From contig JBHGNT010000017.1 in NCBI GenBank assembly GCA_043228905.1, positions 7,440,001 through 7,504,000 of the forward strand: a stretch of DNA of 64,000 nt, read 5' to 3'. Source of the stretch: Azolla caroliniana. Lineage: Eukaryota > Plantae > Polypodiophyta. The notes under the pieces are model-generated. The model had not been told where the DNA came from, made no database searches, and saw only the letters and a list, made by a program, of their open reading frames with translations. The translations under genes were made by a program, and so were the position numbers. Shown piece by piece: positions 36,064 through 49,410 of the stretch. Positions within the stretch are counted from its first letter, which is position 1. The number at the start of each line of letters is the position of its first letter.

Positions 36064-37778
36064 TGCTCGATAGTGGGAAAAACCGGCGAAAGGGGGGGGT
36101 CAAAATGTGCATGTGCAATGTGTGTGCACACAAAGGCGATTATTTGTGCATATGCAAAATAAAAGGGAAAAGAAAGGGTGGAAAGGATGTATAGAAGCTC
36201 GTGTAAAAAGTAAGAGAGAGGAGAGATAAAAGGTAGAGGGGAGACAGGCTATGAATTTGTAGAGGTAGAATTATATATTATATAGGATAGAGTGACTGGG
36301 CTAGTGGATAGTAACATTGCCCTCTAGCTAGATGTGCATGGTTCAAATCCGATCTTACAATGCTACGTGATTTAACGAATTTTTTCCTTTTGCATTGAAG
36401 ACAAATTTGGCAACCCCCATTCTTTTTTTCCTATAAAAGGAGGTCGAAGAGGGCTCATTCGGAAAGCACGTTTTGGGAGGAGACTATCGCCATTTTTCCT
36501 TCGGAGCTCTTCATCTTCTTCTTCACCACTTCTCTTCATCTCATACTCCTGCATCCCCTCATCGCCACGTGCTCGTGAGCCAAAGCTTCGTTGGTTCAAC
36601 GTTGTTTCACCCCGTTTGTAGTTGCGAGCCCATGTGCTCGCTGTTTGGGTGGTCGTGGTTCGTTGGGGTTGGCATTTTGGTGGTGCTCATGTGTTCATCT
36701 TTGCCATGTTCGGATTTGCTCTTGTCTCTAAGGGCATTTAGTATTTATGTTTTGATTGAGCTGGTGGTTAACTAGAAGTTGCCATTGTAATCAAACCCTA
36801 TTTTATAAAGGGTCCTCTTGCATTCGATCGAACACGTATTTATTTCTTTGGCCGATATCTTTCGTGTTTGTGTTATCGTCCCCTTGTGTATCCATCTTAG
36901 GTGCTCATCCTTGTTTGTACCTGTTTGATCACTTGGCTCGTGCGGTGATCTTGAAAGGTCGACGAGTCGTGATCAACGAAAGCCACCGACCTTACAAAAC
37001 AAAGGGCAACAAGCCCTTTCTCGGGAAAGATTCGTACAGAGAGTTCGTAGAGTGGGTTCATAGAGAGGATTCGTAGAGTGGGTTCGTAGAGATATCATTC
37101 GTGTTTGTGTTATCGTCCCCTTGTGCATTCATCTTACGTGCTCATCCTTGCTTGTACCCGTTTGATCACTTGGCTCGTGCGGTGATCTCGAAAGGTCGAC
37201 GAGTCGTGATCAACGAAAGCCACCGACCTCACAAAACAAAGGGCAACGAGCCCTTTCTCGAGAAAGATTCGTAGAGAGAGTTTGTAGACTGGGTTCATAG
37301 AGAGGATTCGTAGAGTGGGTTCATAGAGAGGGTTCGTAGAGTGGGTTCGTAGATTGGGTTCGTAGAGAAGGATTCGTAGAGGGGGTTCGTAGAGTGGGTT
37401 CGTAGAGAGGATTCATAGAGTGGGTTCGTAGAGAGGATTCGTAGAGAGGGTTCGTAGAGTGGGTTCGTAGAGAAGATTCGTAGAGAGAGTTCGTAGAGTG
37501 GGTTCGTAGAGTGGGTTCATAGAGAGGATTCATAGAGAGAGTTCGTAGAGTGGGTTCATAGAGAGGATTCATAGACTGGGTTCGTAGAGAGGATTCTTAC
37601 AGAGAGTTCGTAGAGTGCGAATAGAGAGGGTTCGTAGAGTAGGTTTGTAGAGTGGGTTTGAAGAGTGGTTTATATTTATAAGATTTAAAATAAATAATTA
37701 TTTATCCCTTGAGTACTCCCTAGTCCAAGACCCCCGTGGTCCCGCCCAAGTAACACACGCGCGCGAAACTTCGCGACA
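36064..37778 (+). repeat. Orphan LTR F of the tRNA-Trp Gypsy group, with an internal satellite
   Basis: The 3' end CCTAGTCCAAGACCCCCGTGGTCCCGCC..CGCGACA resembles the LTR ends of B, C and D. The left boundary is approximate. Confidence 0.65.
37030..37665 (+). repeat. Minisatellite of ~13-bp units (TTCGTAGAGTGGG/TTCGTAGAGAGGA), overlapping a ~237-bp duplication (36860/37097)
   Basis: Directly visible tandem units. Confidence 0.9.
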
Positions 37779-40700
37779 ATGTCTTGTTATAGTCAATTAT
37801 ATGAGGCTACCCACCATAGACTAGTATATCTTCACATCTACTATTTTTGCTCCCAAATCAGCCCTCAATTTGCAGTTCTTATCCAGTGGTACATCAATAG
37901 GTTCGCATCCAAGCATTCCATATTTTTTCAATACAGTTGTAACATACTATTTTTGTACCATGTATATTCCACTTTCAGATCTGATCATCTCAATACCAAG
38001 AATGTATTTTAGCTCTCCCAAGTCCTTCATATGAATTTTGCATTTCCAGATTTTTCTTCAACTTGCTTATTTCATTCATAGAATCAACTCCAATGATTAA
38101 ATCATGAACATAAATCTAAATCAAAACAATGCAATCATTCACAATCTTTACATACAATGATGGATCAGCCTTTGACATTTTGAAATCAATTTTTTTCAAA
38201 GATTCTGAAAGTTTTGTGTGCCGTGCTCTTGGTGCTTGATTGAGTCCATAGAGAGGCTTTTTCAACTTACAAACATATTCTGGATGCTTCTTTTTTTCAA
38301 ATCTTTGTGGTTGACACATGTATACTTTCTCCTCTAAGTTACCATGTAAAAAAGTATTTTTTGCATCCATATGGTGCAGAAACCATCTTTTGGCTACACT
38401 TACCACAAATAGTGTCCTCAAGGGTGCCATTTTTGCAACCGGTGCAAATGTCTCATCATAATCCATTCCTTGCATTTAGGCATATGCCTTTGCAACAAGT
38501 CTTGCTTTATGTCTACTTACATTAACATTGGAATCATGCTTTGATTTGTAGACCCATTTGCAACCTACCAAATTTTTTCCTTTTCGCAATTTTACCAAAT
38601 GCCATGGGTGGATTTGTACCACTTTAGACATATATGCATAATGCATAGGCATGTATGTATCATAACCATATCTTTCAACAATTGTTTTCTTTCTATCCAA
38701 TCTTCTCAATTTTTGATTTGCATCTTTCATTGCTCTTTCAACACCAGAGATTTTTAGCATTTGTGCACCCAACTCTTCATCCAATGATGCATCTGAATTT
38801 ATGTCTTCCATGTTTCTAGATCCATCATCAAGCATTTCATATTCTAACATCATTTGTTTTCCATTTTTATCATCCAATTTTTTATGTCTTAGATTTTTTC
38901 CACTCCAAGCATTTGAATCATTTGCAGATTTGTTTTTGTCTTCATTTTCATTGTCTTCATCAGTTTATGCATTTTATTTTGGGTTGTACCAACTACCCAA
39001 CTCATCAAATATTACATCATGGCTTACTACAATCTTTTTTGTCAAAGGGTTATAGTATCTATACCCTTTTTTCTCCTCTAAGTATCCCACAAAAACACAT
39101 TGTTAAGCTTTTAGGTCAAGCTTACTTCTTACTTCAGCATGTACATGAACATAAGCAGCACATCCAAACACTTTTAAGTGTCCTAAACTAGGTTTCCTGC
39201 CATAGAAACATTCTTCAGGAGTTACTACATGTACTGCACATGTTATGCATCTATTTAGAATATAGTTTGTTGTATTTACATCCTCAACCCAGTGATACAA
39301 CGGTATATTTTTTCAGTCATCAAAGCTCTTGCTATGTTTACCAAAGTTCTATTTTTCCTCTCAGCCACTCCATTTTGTTGTGGAGTATATCTACATGTGA
39401 ATTGTCTCCTTATTCCTTGATTGCATAGAAAATCAGAGAATTCATTTGAGAAGTATTCTCCTCCTCCGTCAGACCTTAAGCATTTTATCCTAGTTCCGGC
39501 TTGCTTTTCTACCATGCATTTAAACTTACAAAAAAACTCAAATACTCCACTCTTCTCATTCATGAAGTAAACCCATGTTTTCCTTGAGCAATCATCAATG
39601 AATGTTACATAAAACTTGCAACCCCCAATTAAGGCATTTTTGGTAGGTCCCCATACATCTGTATGTACCAAATCCAACAGGTTTTTGCCTATATGTCATT
39701 CATGAGGCAAAGTCAACCTATTTTTCTTTCCATATTGACATGCTTCACATATTTTGCTCGTCTCACAATCTTTCAACTTTGGCAGTCGAGCCACTACATT
39801 TTTTCTCAACATATTTTGCAAAGTTTGCATACTTATTGTCCGATTCGTTTATGTCACATTTCTACATCTGAGATTACATTCAATCCTCCTGCAAACATGG
39901 TTATAGGTTTTTTAGGCATATCCCCATCTAAGACAATCATTCTTCCTTAGCGTTTTCCTTTTGCAATCACCTTTCCATGTTTCTTTATAAAGCATCCACT
40001 TTTTGTAAACTTTACTTGCATTCCTTGCTCTACTATTTGTCCAACAAAAATCAGATGTTTTGCAAGATTTGGAACATGCATAACATTCAACATATACTTT
40101 GTTTTTCCTCTTTCTTCCTACAATGGAATATCTCCTCATGTTCGACTGTATGAGTAGTATTCTGTCTGTACATAACCAGGAATCTCCGGTTCTTTTAAAC
40201 TTTCAATCTAGTTTGCATGTCCGGTCATATGATTAGATGCCCTAGAATCTATATACCACATATAATCTTCATTACTTATCTATGAACTTTCGGCCATTTT
40301 TGGTGTCTCATGTCGCGTCACAAAAGCATCCTCTTTGTCACCGTTTTCACTAGTTGAAGCATAGTTATTTTGTTGTCTCTTCCCTCTTTTTTCATCATTT
40401 TTTTTTATAACATTTAGCCTGTGTATGGCCTCAATTTCCACAATGCTAACAGCCATCATCACTAAAAAAGGTTTGCTTACCTCTGCCTGGATTGCTCCCC
40501 CTACCTTTGATGTTATTTCTTCCACTTATAGCTTGTTGTCCTCTCCCTTGATAATTATTATTTGTTTTAGTTGAACCAAATCTGTCATGGACTCTTCCTC
40601 GACCCTTCAGTTTTAGAGTTTCCTTTGTTTATATCTTCAATCTGATTTCTTTCTTCCACTACAAGAATTGACACCAGATCTACAAAACTTGGGATATTAT

Positions 40701-41578
40701 CCCTTGTGAGAATGGATGTTTTGAAGCTTTTATATTGAGGTCCTAAAACACCGGGTCATTTAGATTAGGTAATATGTTACATTTCTTTATTACTAAATAC
40801 ATGAGATGTCACGCATGCGCACATGACTTTCAAGAATGTATCACACATGCGCACATGACTTTTAAAAACATCAATAAAAAACACAATTAATATTATGAAG
40901 ATTTCAAATTTAACCTGTGTTTTCTAAATTCATACACTTATTTAGCCAGACATTCGCATGGATAATAGAATGCTTTCAACTATCATTTTAATATGGTTCA
41001 TTTTTCATAATGTTGAATTTGAATCCAATTGAACAATTTTTGAAGCACAATTTTAATGTTATATTTCTCTCTAACTCCTATAAAGCTTGTTATATTAAAT
41101 GAGCAAATTGCATTTTTGGGTATATTAGACACATATTTACAAGTGAATATCACATTATATACCTCACATGCCCAAAAACTTCTACGAACATTATATCCCA
41201 ATCATATATGAACAACCTAAATGTAAGATCAAGTGAGCAACAACGTTGGCTTAATATTGTTCTATACACTCGAAACTAAATAGCCAAGATTAAAGAGTTC
41301 AGAAATCCTAGAATAAAGCTAAATTCAATTATATTAATAAAGAAACAAATATACCCACCATTTGTCATACAATCGATAAGTTCATCATCATCTATTCAAT
41401 AAAATTTATACTTAACAACCACATACTTTGCGAGTTAACCAATACAAATATATGATAGACAATTAAATTTGCAAACCAATCAGATAGTGTAAAGAAATGG
41501 TACTCAAACAAAATAATCTTCTATTCCAAAACAAGTTTAGTATTACAATTTTATAGTTACCAATACAAACTAATATAC

Positions 41579-44500
41579 TGTGGTGTCCCTTGAATGCAAG
41601 TGCATGCCTTCATGTTGGGTGTGCATGTGTTGCTTTGTGCCCCTTTTAGCGCACCCTTGTTTAGCATGCATGCCTTCATGCTATGGTGTACATGTGTTCT
41701 GTTGAGCCACCATTTTAGCATACCCTTGTTAGGACGCATGTAGCTAATTAAAGCCAACCCAAATGGGTACCTTTGTACGACTATAAATTGAATAGGAAGT
41801 AAGAAGCTAAGCAAGCTGGTTTGGATTCCATTTATGTGCATTTCACATAATTCGTGGAGATAGGAGTAAAATTTTAGCCACTATCACCTCGCTCATGGCG
41901 TCCCAATTCCCTCCCGTCGCCGTCGAAGTCGATACCGCTATGCAATCTGAGTTCCCGCAACCTCCTGAGCGGCCACCCCCCTTCGAAATGGAGCAACTCC
42001 TGCATGTCCTCTCCAACACCATGCTTCAAATCAGCCACACGAACTAAGCTATGCTCTCCTTCCTCTTCGCTACCAACGATTGGTCTCCAGATCGGCCAGA
42101 TTCCAAGGTTCGCCCAAAGTCCTTCTCCGGCTTGCCCTATGAGGACGTCTGAGCATGGTTCGCATCGTTGAAGGTCTTGGGACCTTGGTTCCGGGCAGGA
42201 CGAGTGATGTCAGGGCGCAGACGGGGACATAAGAAGAAAAGCTTGACATGCTCGGGCATGGTTGGATCGGCACGGACGAGGAGCTGATTTAGGCGAACAC
42301 CAAATTGGCCTACTAAAAGCCAACCCAAATGGGTACCTTTGTACGACTATAAATTGAATAGGAAGTAAGAAGCTAAGCAAGCTGGTTTGGATTCCATTTA
42401 TGTGCATTTCACATAATTCGTGGAGATAGGAGTAAAATTTTAGCCACTATCACCTCGCTCATGGCGTCCCAATTCCCTCCCGTCGCCGTCGAAGTCGATA
42501 CCGCTATGCAATCTGAGTTCCCGCAACCTCCTGAGCGGCCACCCCCCTTCGAAATGGAGCAACTCCTGCATGTCCTCTCCAACACCATGCTTCAAATCAG
42601 CCACACGAACTAAGCTATGCTCTCCTTCCTCTTCGCTACCAACGATTGGTCTCCAGATCGGCCAGATTCCAAGGTTCGCCCAAAGTCCTTCTCCGGCTTG
42701 CCCTATGAGGACGTCTGAGCATGGTTCGCATCGTTGAAGGTCTTGGGACCTTGGTTCCGGGCAGGACGAGTGATGTCAGGGCGCAGACGGGGACATAAGA
42801 AGAAAAGCTTGACATGCTCGGGCATGGTTGGATCGGCACGGACGAGGAGCTGATTTAGGCGAACACCAAATTGGCCTACTAAAAGCCAACCCAAATGGGT
42901 ACCTTTGTACGACTATAAATTGAATAGGAAGTAAGAAGCTAAGCAAGCTGGTTTGGATTCCATTTATGTGCATTTCACATAATTCGTGGAGATAGGAGTA
43001 AAATTTTAGCCACTATCACCTCGCTCATGGCGTCCCAATTCCCTCCCGTCGCCGTCGAAGTCGATACCGCTATGCAATCTGAGTTCCCGCAACCTCCTGA
43101 GCGGCCACCCCCCTTCGAAATGGAGCAACTCCTGCATGTCCTCTCCAACACCATGCTTCAAATCAGCCACACGAACTAAGCTATGCTCTCCTTCCTCTTC
43201 GCTACCAACGATTGGTCTCCAGATCGGCCAGATTCCAAGGTTCGCCCAAAGTCCTTCTCCGGCTTGCCCTATGAGGACGTCTGAGCATGGTTCGCATCGT
43301 TGAAGGTCTTGGGACCTTGGTTCCGGGCAGGACGAGTGATGTCAGGGCGCAGACGGGGACATAAGAAGAAAAGCTTGACATGCTCGGGCATGGTTGGATC
43401 GGCACGGACGAGGAGCTGATTTAGGCGAACACCAAATTGGCCTACTAAAAGCCAACCCAAATGGGTACCTTTGTACGACTATAAATTGAATAGGAAGTAA
43501 GAAGCTAAGCAAGCTGGTTTGGATTCCATTTATGTGCATTTCACATAATTCGTGGAGATAGGAGTAAAATTTTAGCCACTATCACCTCGCTCATGGCGTC
43601 CCAATTCCCTCCCGTCGCCGTCGAAGTCGATACCGCTATGCAATCTGAGTTCCCGCAACCTCCTGAGCGGCCACCCCCCTTCCAAATGGAGCAACTCCTG
43701 CATGTCCTCTCCAACACCATGCTTCAAATCAGCCACACGAACTAAGCTATGCTCTCCTTCCTCTTCGCTACCAACGATTGGTCTCCAGATCGGCCAGATT
43801 CCAAGGTTCGCCCAAAGTCCTTCTCCGGCTTGCCCTATGAGGACGTCTTAGCATGGTTCGCATCGTTGAAGGTCTTGGGACCTTGGTTCCGGGCAGGACG
43901 AGTGATGTCAGGGCGCAGATGGGGACATAAGAAGAAAAGCTTGACATGCTCGGGCATGGTTGGATCGGCACGGACGAGGAGCTGATTTAGGCGAACACCA
44001 AATTGGCCTACTAGTTCGTGCGTTTGCTGTTGCAACGTCTCGAGTTATTGCAATGCCGTCTGGGCCGAATTTTGATGGGCAAAGTTTTGCAAGAGGAGAT
44101 CCCGGAGGATCACCCATTTCTTTATCACTTCGTTTGCTTGTTGTACGTTTTCGAGTGACATTTTCGAGCAAGGTGCGAACTTCCAAAGCCTTGCGCTTGT
44201 TAGACCATTTGTGGTAACTTGAGATCATCTCATCATTGCCCAACGCATCGAAGCTTGTACGTTATCTGACTCCCAACCACGATGGCCCCCTCCACCATTG
44301 ACCGACTTGTGCGCGCAGTACCAAGGAGCGACCCCCATGGACATTGATGTCCAAAACGTGCAGATGCAGACTCGCTGAAACCTTCCTAATCGCGATGCCT
44401 AAGGACGCCCAAAGTGTTTCTACTGCCACAATTATGGACACGTCCGACGTTATTTCCAGAAATTGCAACAACAATCTCACAAGCAACAACCCCAGATAAC

Positions 44501-47500
44501 CATGGTTGACGTAGCATTGTTGGCTGAGCTTCCGGGAAACTAACTTCTGGGGTACTAATGGAAGAGCCAGCCCCCCATGTCCAAGCGTTCGCCTCTTCTA
44601 GTTCATAGGTATGCACCACTCTCGCCACCATTGATCACTCCACACACACCATCCTATTAGACTCTTGTAGTAGTATCTCTTCAATTAGCACCACCTTAGT
44701 TCACCAATTAGGCCTCCCCACAACCACCGCTCCTTCCATCGAACTCCTTTTTGGCAATCACAAACATCTATATCACTCTCGCACGCAAGCCCACAACACC
44801 GTTACCTTAAGCACTCTCACATTCTCACACCACTTTTATGTCTTGCCCCACCAACTCTTCCCCCTCACCTTAGGTTGCGATTGGCTCCTCAAGCGTCGTG
44901 CTATGATTGATTTCGATGCTCACAAACTGATTGTCCCACAAGCTCCCCCTATCCCCCTCCTACACAATAGCCCCCATGTCCCCCACCTTAGCCAAGTCCA
45001 GGTGGCCCTTAGTCCCAAGGAGCGGTTAATCTCCGTTCGCCAATTGTTAGCTCGTTTTCCGTCACTAAGCCCCCAACCCATGCATGCTGCTACTGTCTCT
45101 TTCCCAATACAACATGTCATTCGTACCGTGGACGCCGCTCCCATCCGCATGACTACACGTCGACGTTCCCCCCTCAACCACAATCGCATCGATGTTGCCG
45201 TCACTAATATGCTCACCAAAGGTATTATCATTCCTTCCACTAGCGATTGGGTTTCAGAACCCCACCTCGTCAAGAAGGATGATGGCACCTTCCACTTTTG
45301 CATCGACATTAGGCCTCTCAACAAAGTGAAGATCCATGACCTCTACCTGCTCCCTTGCGTGGACGACCTCTTGGACCATCTCGGGGGCTCCCGTTATGTC
45401 ACCTCCCTTGACTAAGCCTCGGGATATTGGCAGATCCCCTTAAAGCCGTTTGACACCCACAAGACCACATTCCGCACACGACGCGGGCTGTTTCAGTTCA
45501 CCCGCATGCCGTTTGGCCTATCTGATGTCGGCAGCACATTCCAACGTATGGCAAACTCCATCTTTGCCGCCCTTATCAGTAAAGGTGTCCTCCTCGTTTA
45601 TCTCGACGACATCCTTGTCCACACGGCCACTTGGGAGGATCATCTACAAACTCTTGTTGAAGTCCTTGCTTGCATAACTAAGCATAACTTGCAACTCCAA
45701 TGGAAGAAGTGTCGATGGGGAAGCACCAGCCTCCATTTTCTCGGCTTCATCATCTCTAGCGATGGAATCCGTATGGACCTTGCAAAGGTAGCTGCCATCA
45801 CCGACTACCCCTGCCCCACCTCAATAAAAACATTGCAACGTTTTTTGGGCATGATCACCTTTTCCCTTCGCTTCATCCCGAACCTCGCGTTGGTCACTTT
45901 CCCCTTCCGTCGGCTCCTAAAGAAAGGTGTATCATTCGTTTGGAATCCTGCTTGCGAAGACAACTTTCGTCTCCTCAAAACAATGGTCCAGGAATCAGGG
46001 TTGCTCACCCATCCTAACTTTGACCAACTGTTTACGTTGCAAATAGATGCCTCTAACCATGGCTTAGGAACCGTCCTCCTGCAAACCGATTGCCACAGGC
46101 AAGAGAAGGCAATCACCTTCATTAGGCAAACTCTCACGCCGGCTAAACGAAACTACTCAACCACTGAGAAGGAACTACTGGTGATCGTCTGGTCTTTCCA
46201 GTGTCTTCACCCATACCTTCATGGCGGGCAGGTTACGGTTGAGACTGACCACCAGCCCTTACTTTCTCTTATTCATCGACCTCACCCCCTAGGTCGCTTG
46301 TTGCGATGGACGTTGGCACTTCAAGATTATCAGTTTACCCTCTCCTATCGAAAAAGTGTAACCAATTTGGTCGTCGATAGTGTCTCTCGCGCCGATTTCC
46401 AAGCTGTCCAATGTCTACCCGCGACGTCTCACCTTCCACTGCCACTACCACAACTCGCTACACTTCAGCAACACGACCTCGCCATCCGAGAGATAACTCA
46501 TTAGTTGCACTCCCTCCAACCATTTCCCTCACAACGACGGTTCATGCTCCACGATAACTTGGTGTTCTTCATTCAGGCACATCATGAGCCGCATCTCTAC
46601 ATCCCTCATGCGCCACAATAGACGTATCTCCAATTTTATCACGACCACCCATTCTGGGGTCATCTGGGTTTCGACAAGGTTCTTGAAAAATTACGTCTCA
46701 AGTATTATTGGCCCAACATGCGACACTCTGTCTCTACCTACATCAACCAATGTGCTTTGTGTCAACACATCAAACCCGCAAGCAAGCCCGCCGGAACGCT
46801 CCAACCCATCACCGTCACATCGCCTTTCGAGCTCGTCGGATGGGATTTCATGGGACCTTATCCCGAAACCCCCAATGGCAACAAGTATATCCTGGTCATA
46901 ACAGAATACCTCACCAGATGGGCTGAAACTGTTGCCATCCCTGACATCACTGCGCCAACAATCGCATCCCAACTTTTGCACAAGGTAATTTTTCAGCATG
47001 GTTGCCCTGTCCAACTCTTATCTGATCAGGGCCACCAGTTCCATGGGGACGTCCTCAACGCAGTTGCAACTCAACTAGGTGTCCAGCAGGTGTTTACATC
47101 CCCGTACCATCAACAAACAAATGGCCTCACCGAATGCCTCAACAAGACCCTCAAGCATGAGATTGCCGCTTACACCGATCCATGCCACAAAACCTGGGAT
47201 CAAATCTTGCCTTTCGTCACCCACCCCTACAATACATCCGTTCAGGCATCAATACAGATCAACCTTTTCGAGCACTCTATGGGTCTGACCCTCGGCAGAA
47301 GCATCCATTGACGTCCATTCCAAACATACCAACATGGATGTTGCCACTTGAGGGCTCTATCTCCAACAACTACTACCTCTCCTTCAACAAGCAAGCTCTC
47401 AAAACCTACAAGTCACACAACAACGCCAAAAGCGACACTACGACGTGGGTCGAATTACCCCGACTTATGATGATGGAACCAAAGTCCTTGTTTACTTCCC

Positions 47501-47996
47501 GGTCCGACGGCGGGGTCTCCGCGAATCACCCATGCACCGATGGCTCAGCCCATTCACCGTGGTTCGTGCAATCAAATGCACGACTCACTTGCTCTGATGT
47601 GATTCCAATGGTCGATTCCCCTCCACCCATGCTGCCCGCATCAAGCCCTATGCTACCCCAAGCCCACCTTCTAGTGCTTATCCTTTCCCCATGTCGTAAA
47701 ACTCCTTGTTTCTCTCAGGGGGGGAAATGTGATGTCCCTTGGATGCAAGTGCATGCCTTCATGTTGGGTGTGCATGTGTTCGTTTGTGCCCCTTTTAGCA
47801 TACCCTTGTTTAGCATGCATGCCTTCATGCTATGGTGTACATGTGTTATGTTGAGCCACCCTTTTAGCATACCCTTGTTAGAACGCATGTAGCTAAATAA
47901 AGCCAACCCAAATGGGTACCTTTGTACGACTATAAATTGAATAGGAAGTAAGAAGCTAAGCAAGCTGGTTTGGGTTCCATTTATGTGCATTTCACA
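41579..47996 (+). mobile_element. Ty3/Gypsy K with short 269-bp LTRs, inserted in the last exon of the copy-2 cargo gene
   Basis: LTRs at 41579-41847 and 47728-47996. TSD ATAC. PPT AGGGGGGGAAA. PR LLDSCS, RT VYLDD, RH DASNHG..NYSTTEKE, INT WDFMGP..SDQG..QTNGLTE. Confidence 0.92.
41750..44013 (+). repeat. Four tandem 566-bp units (LTR 3' part + leader + 5' gag + inverted gag piece)
   Basis: Units start at ~41750, 42316, 42882 and 43448. The ORF track repeats at 566-bp intervals. Confidence 0.95.
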
Positions 47997-49002
47997 ATAC
48001 AGTCACTCCATTAGGAGGTTTGGAAGAGGCTGCTCTCCAAGATCAGCTGACAGTGGTGTTGCATCGACATGTTCTGTCTCCTGAACTAAATCTTGTATAT
48101 GATTAGAACCCGTTGCATCTTCAAGGTCGACAAGGTCCCCTCCTTCCTCGTCTATAGGTTCCATCGGCTCTCTGGAGGCCATCTAAAACATCTCTGTTTC
48201 GTTGATATGGTTTGCCCCAACCTCTTGGTCCTGGTCGGGACAATCCCCGATGCCTTGGATCCTCATCTTAATAAAATTGACTTGGTCGGGGTCCTTTTCT
48301 AATGCGACGCAGTTCCTGAACAGTTTAAGAGCACATGCAGTCGTCGTTGCTAAATAAACAATCACACATTCAAAAGTAAGAAAGCAGAACAAGAAATAAT
48401 ATTTCATTTTTTTTAAAATTGATGAAACTTATGAGATTACTTGTTCCATAAAATTAGTCGAGAACCCAATCATCAGGGTTCGAGAACAACTTGACCAATA
48501 GATTAATCAATCGTTTGGCTTTTGATAAGGGTTTACTAAACTCTTATCACCAGAAACGTGGCGCAATTTCTTCGTTACAGTTGGGCACATGATATAGTTG
48601 ACAATGTTCCACTCATTAACATGTGCCCGAGCTTTCTTCTTAGAAATTGCGTTGTAGTAGCCCACGCACATGTGCTCCACCATGCTCACCATTCGATCAC
48701 CCGGGGTATGAGTTATGTTCGTTTTAACCCTATTGTATCTGGAATCTAATCAAGTTAATAAATATGTAGTAAGCAACCTAGAATCCCTATACTAAATATA
48801 TAGTAACATAATGCTTACCAATGCATATGTTCGGTGGCATGGCATCTCGACTTCAATGCAATCGTGACTGATAATGCATGAACCATACTATGAAATATAA
48901 CAATACGCCATAATGGTGCTAGGGTCAGATCTGTGAAGTCCTTAACCATCTTCTCTATTTGTGGATATTTGTATGGAACATCGTCGTATGTCTCTTGGGT
49001 AA

Positions 49003-49410
49003 TGTCATGATATGGTAAAACTTGAACCCATGACCTTATGCTACATGGGTCGAGCTCTTGAGCATTACACCATACATTGTAATACGTAGAATATTATTTT
49101 CATTTATGTTTTATTATAGAAAATTGATGTATATTCCAGATTTCTCTGGAACATTCTAGAAACTTCAGGAGTATTCCTCAGAACACTATAAAAGGAGGCA
49201 CAAGGCATTATTTCGAACCAAATCGGTTCAACGCCAGTCTTAAGCCTCCTAGCTACTACTGTACATTCTCTTCACATAATATATATCTTTTCTTATCATC
49301 TCTCTCTCTCTCCCTCTCACTCACTCTCTCTCTCTCCTTCTCTCGAGAGTTCTTCACCTCTCTTAGTACTAATACTTCTTTAGTACTAATTCCTTCTCTG
49401 TCTTAGTACT
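49003..49410 (+). repeat. Truncated LTR/leader related to Gypsy L
   Basis: TGTCATGATATGG..GAACCCATGAC..GGAACATTCTAGAAACTTC is shared with 57603 onward. Confidence 0.8.

Noticed and set aside
37030-37665. CRISPR-like array
   Set aside because: No unique spacers and no cas genes. It is a simple minisatellite in a eukaryotic LTR.
42070-43971. Repeated short ORFs as a tandem gene family
   Set aside because: They arise from the 566-bp duplication of LTR and gag fragments.
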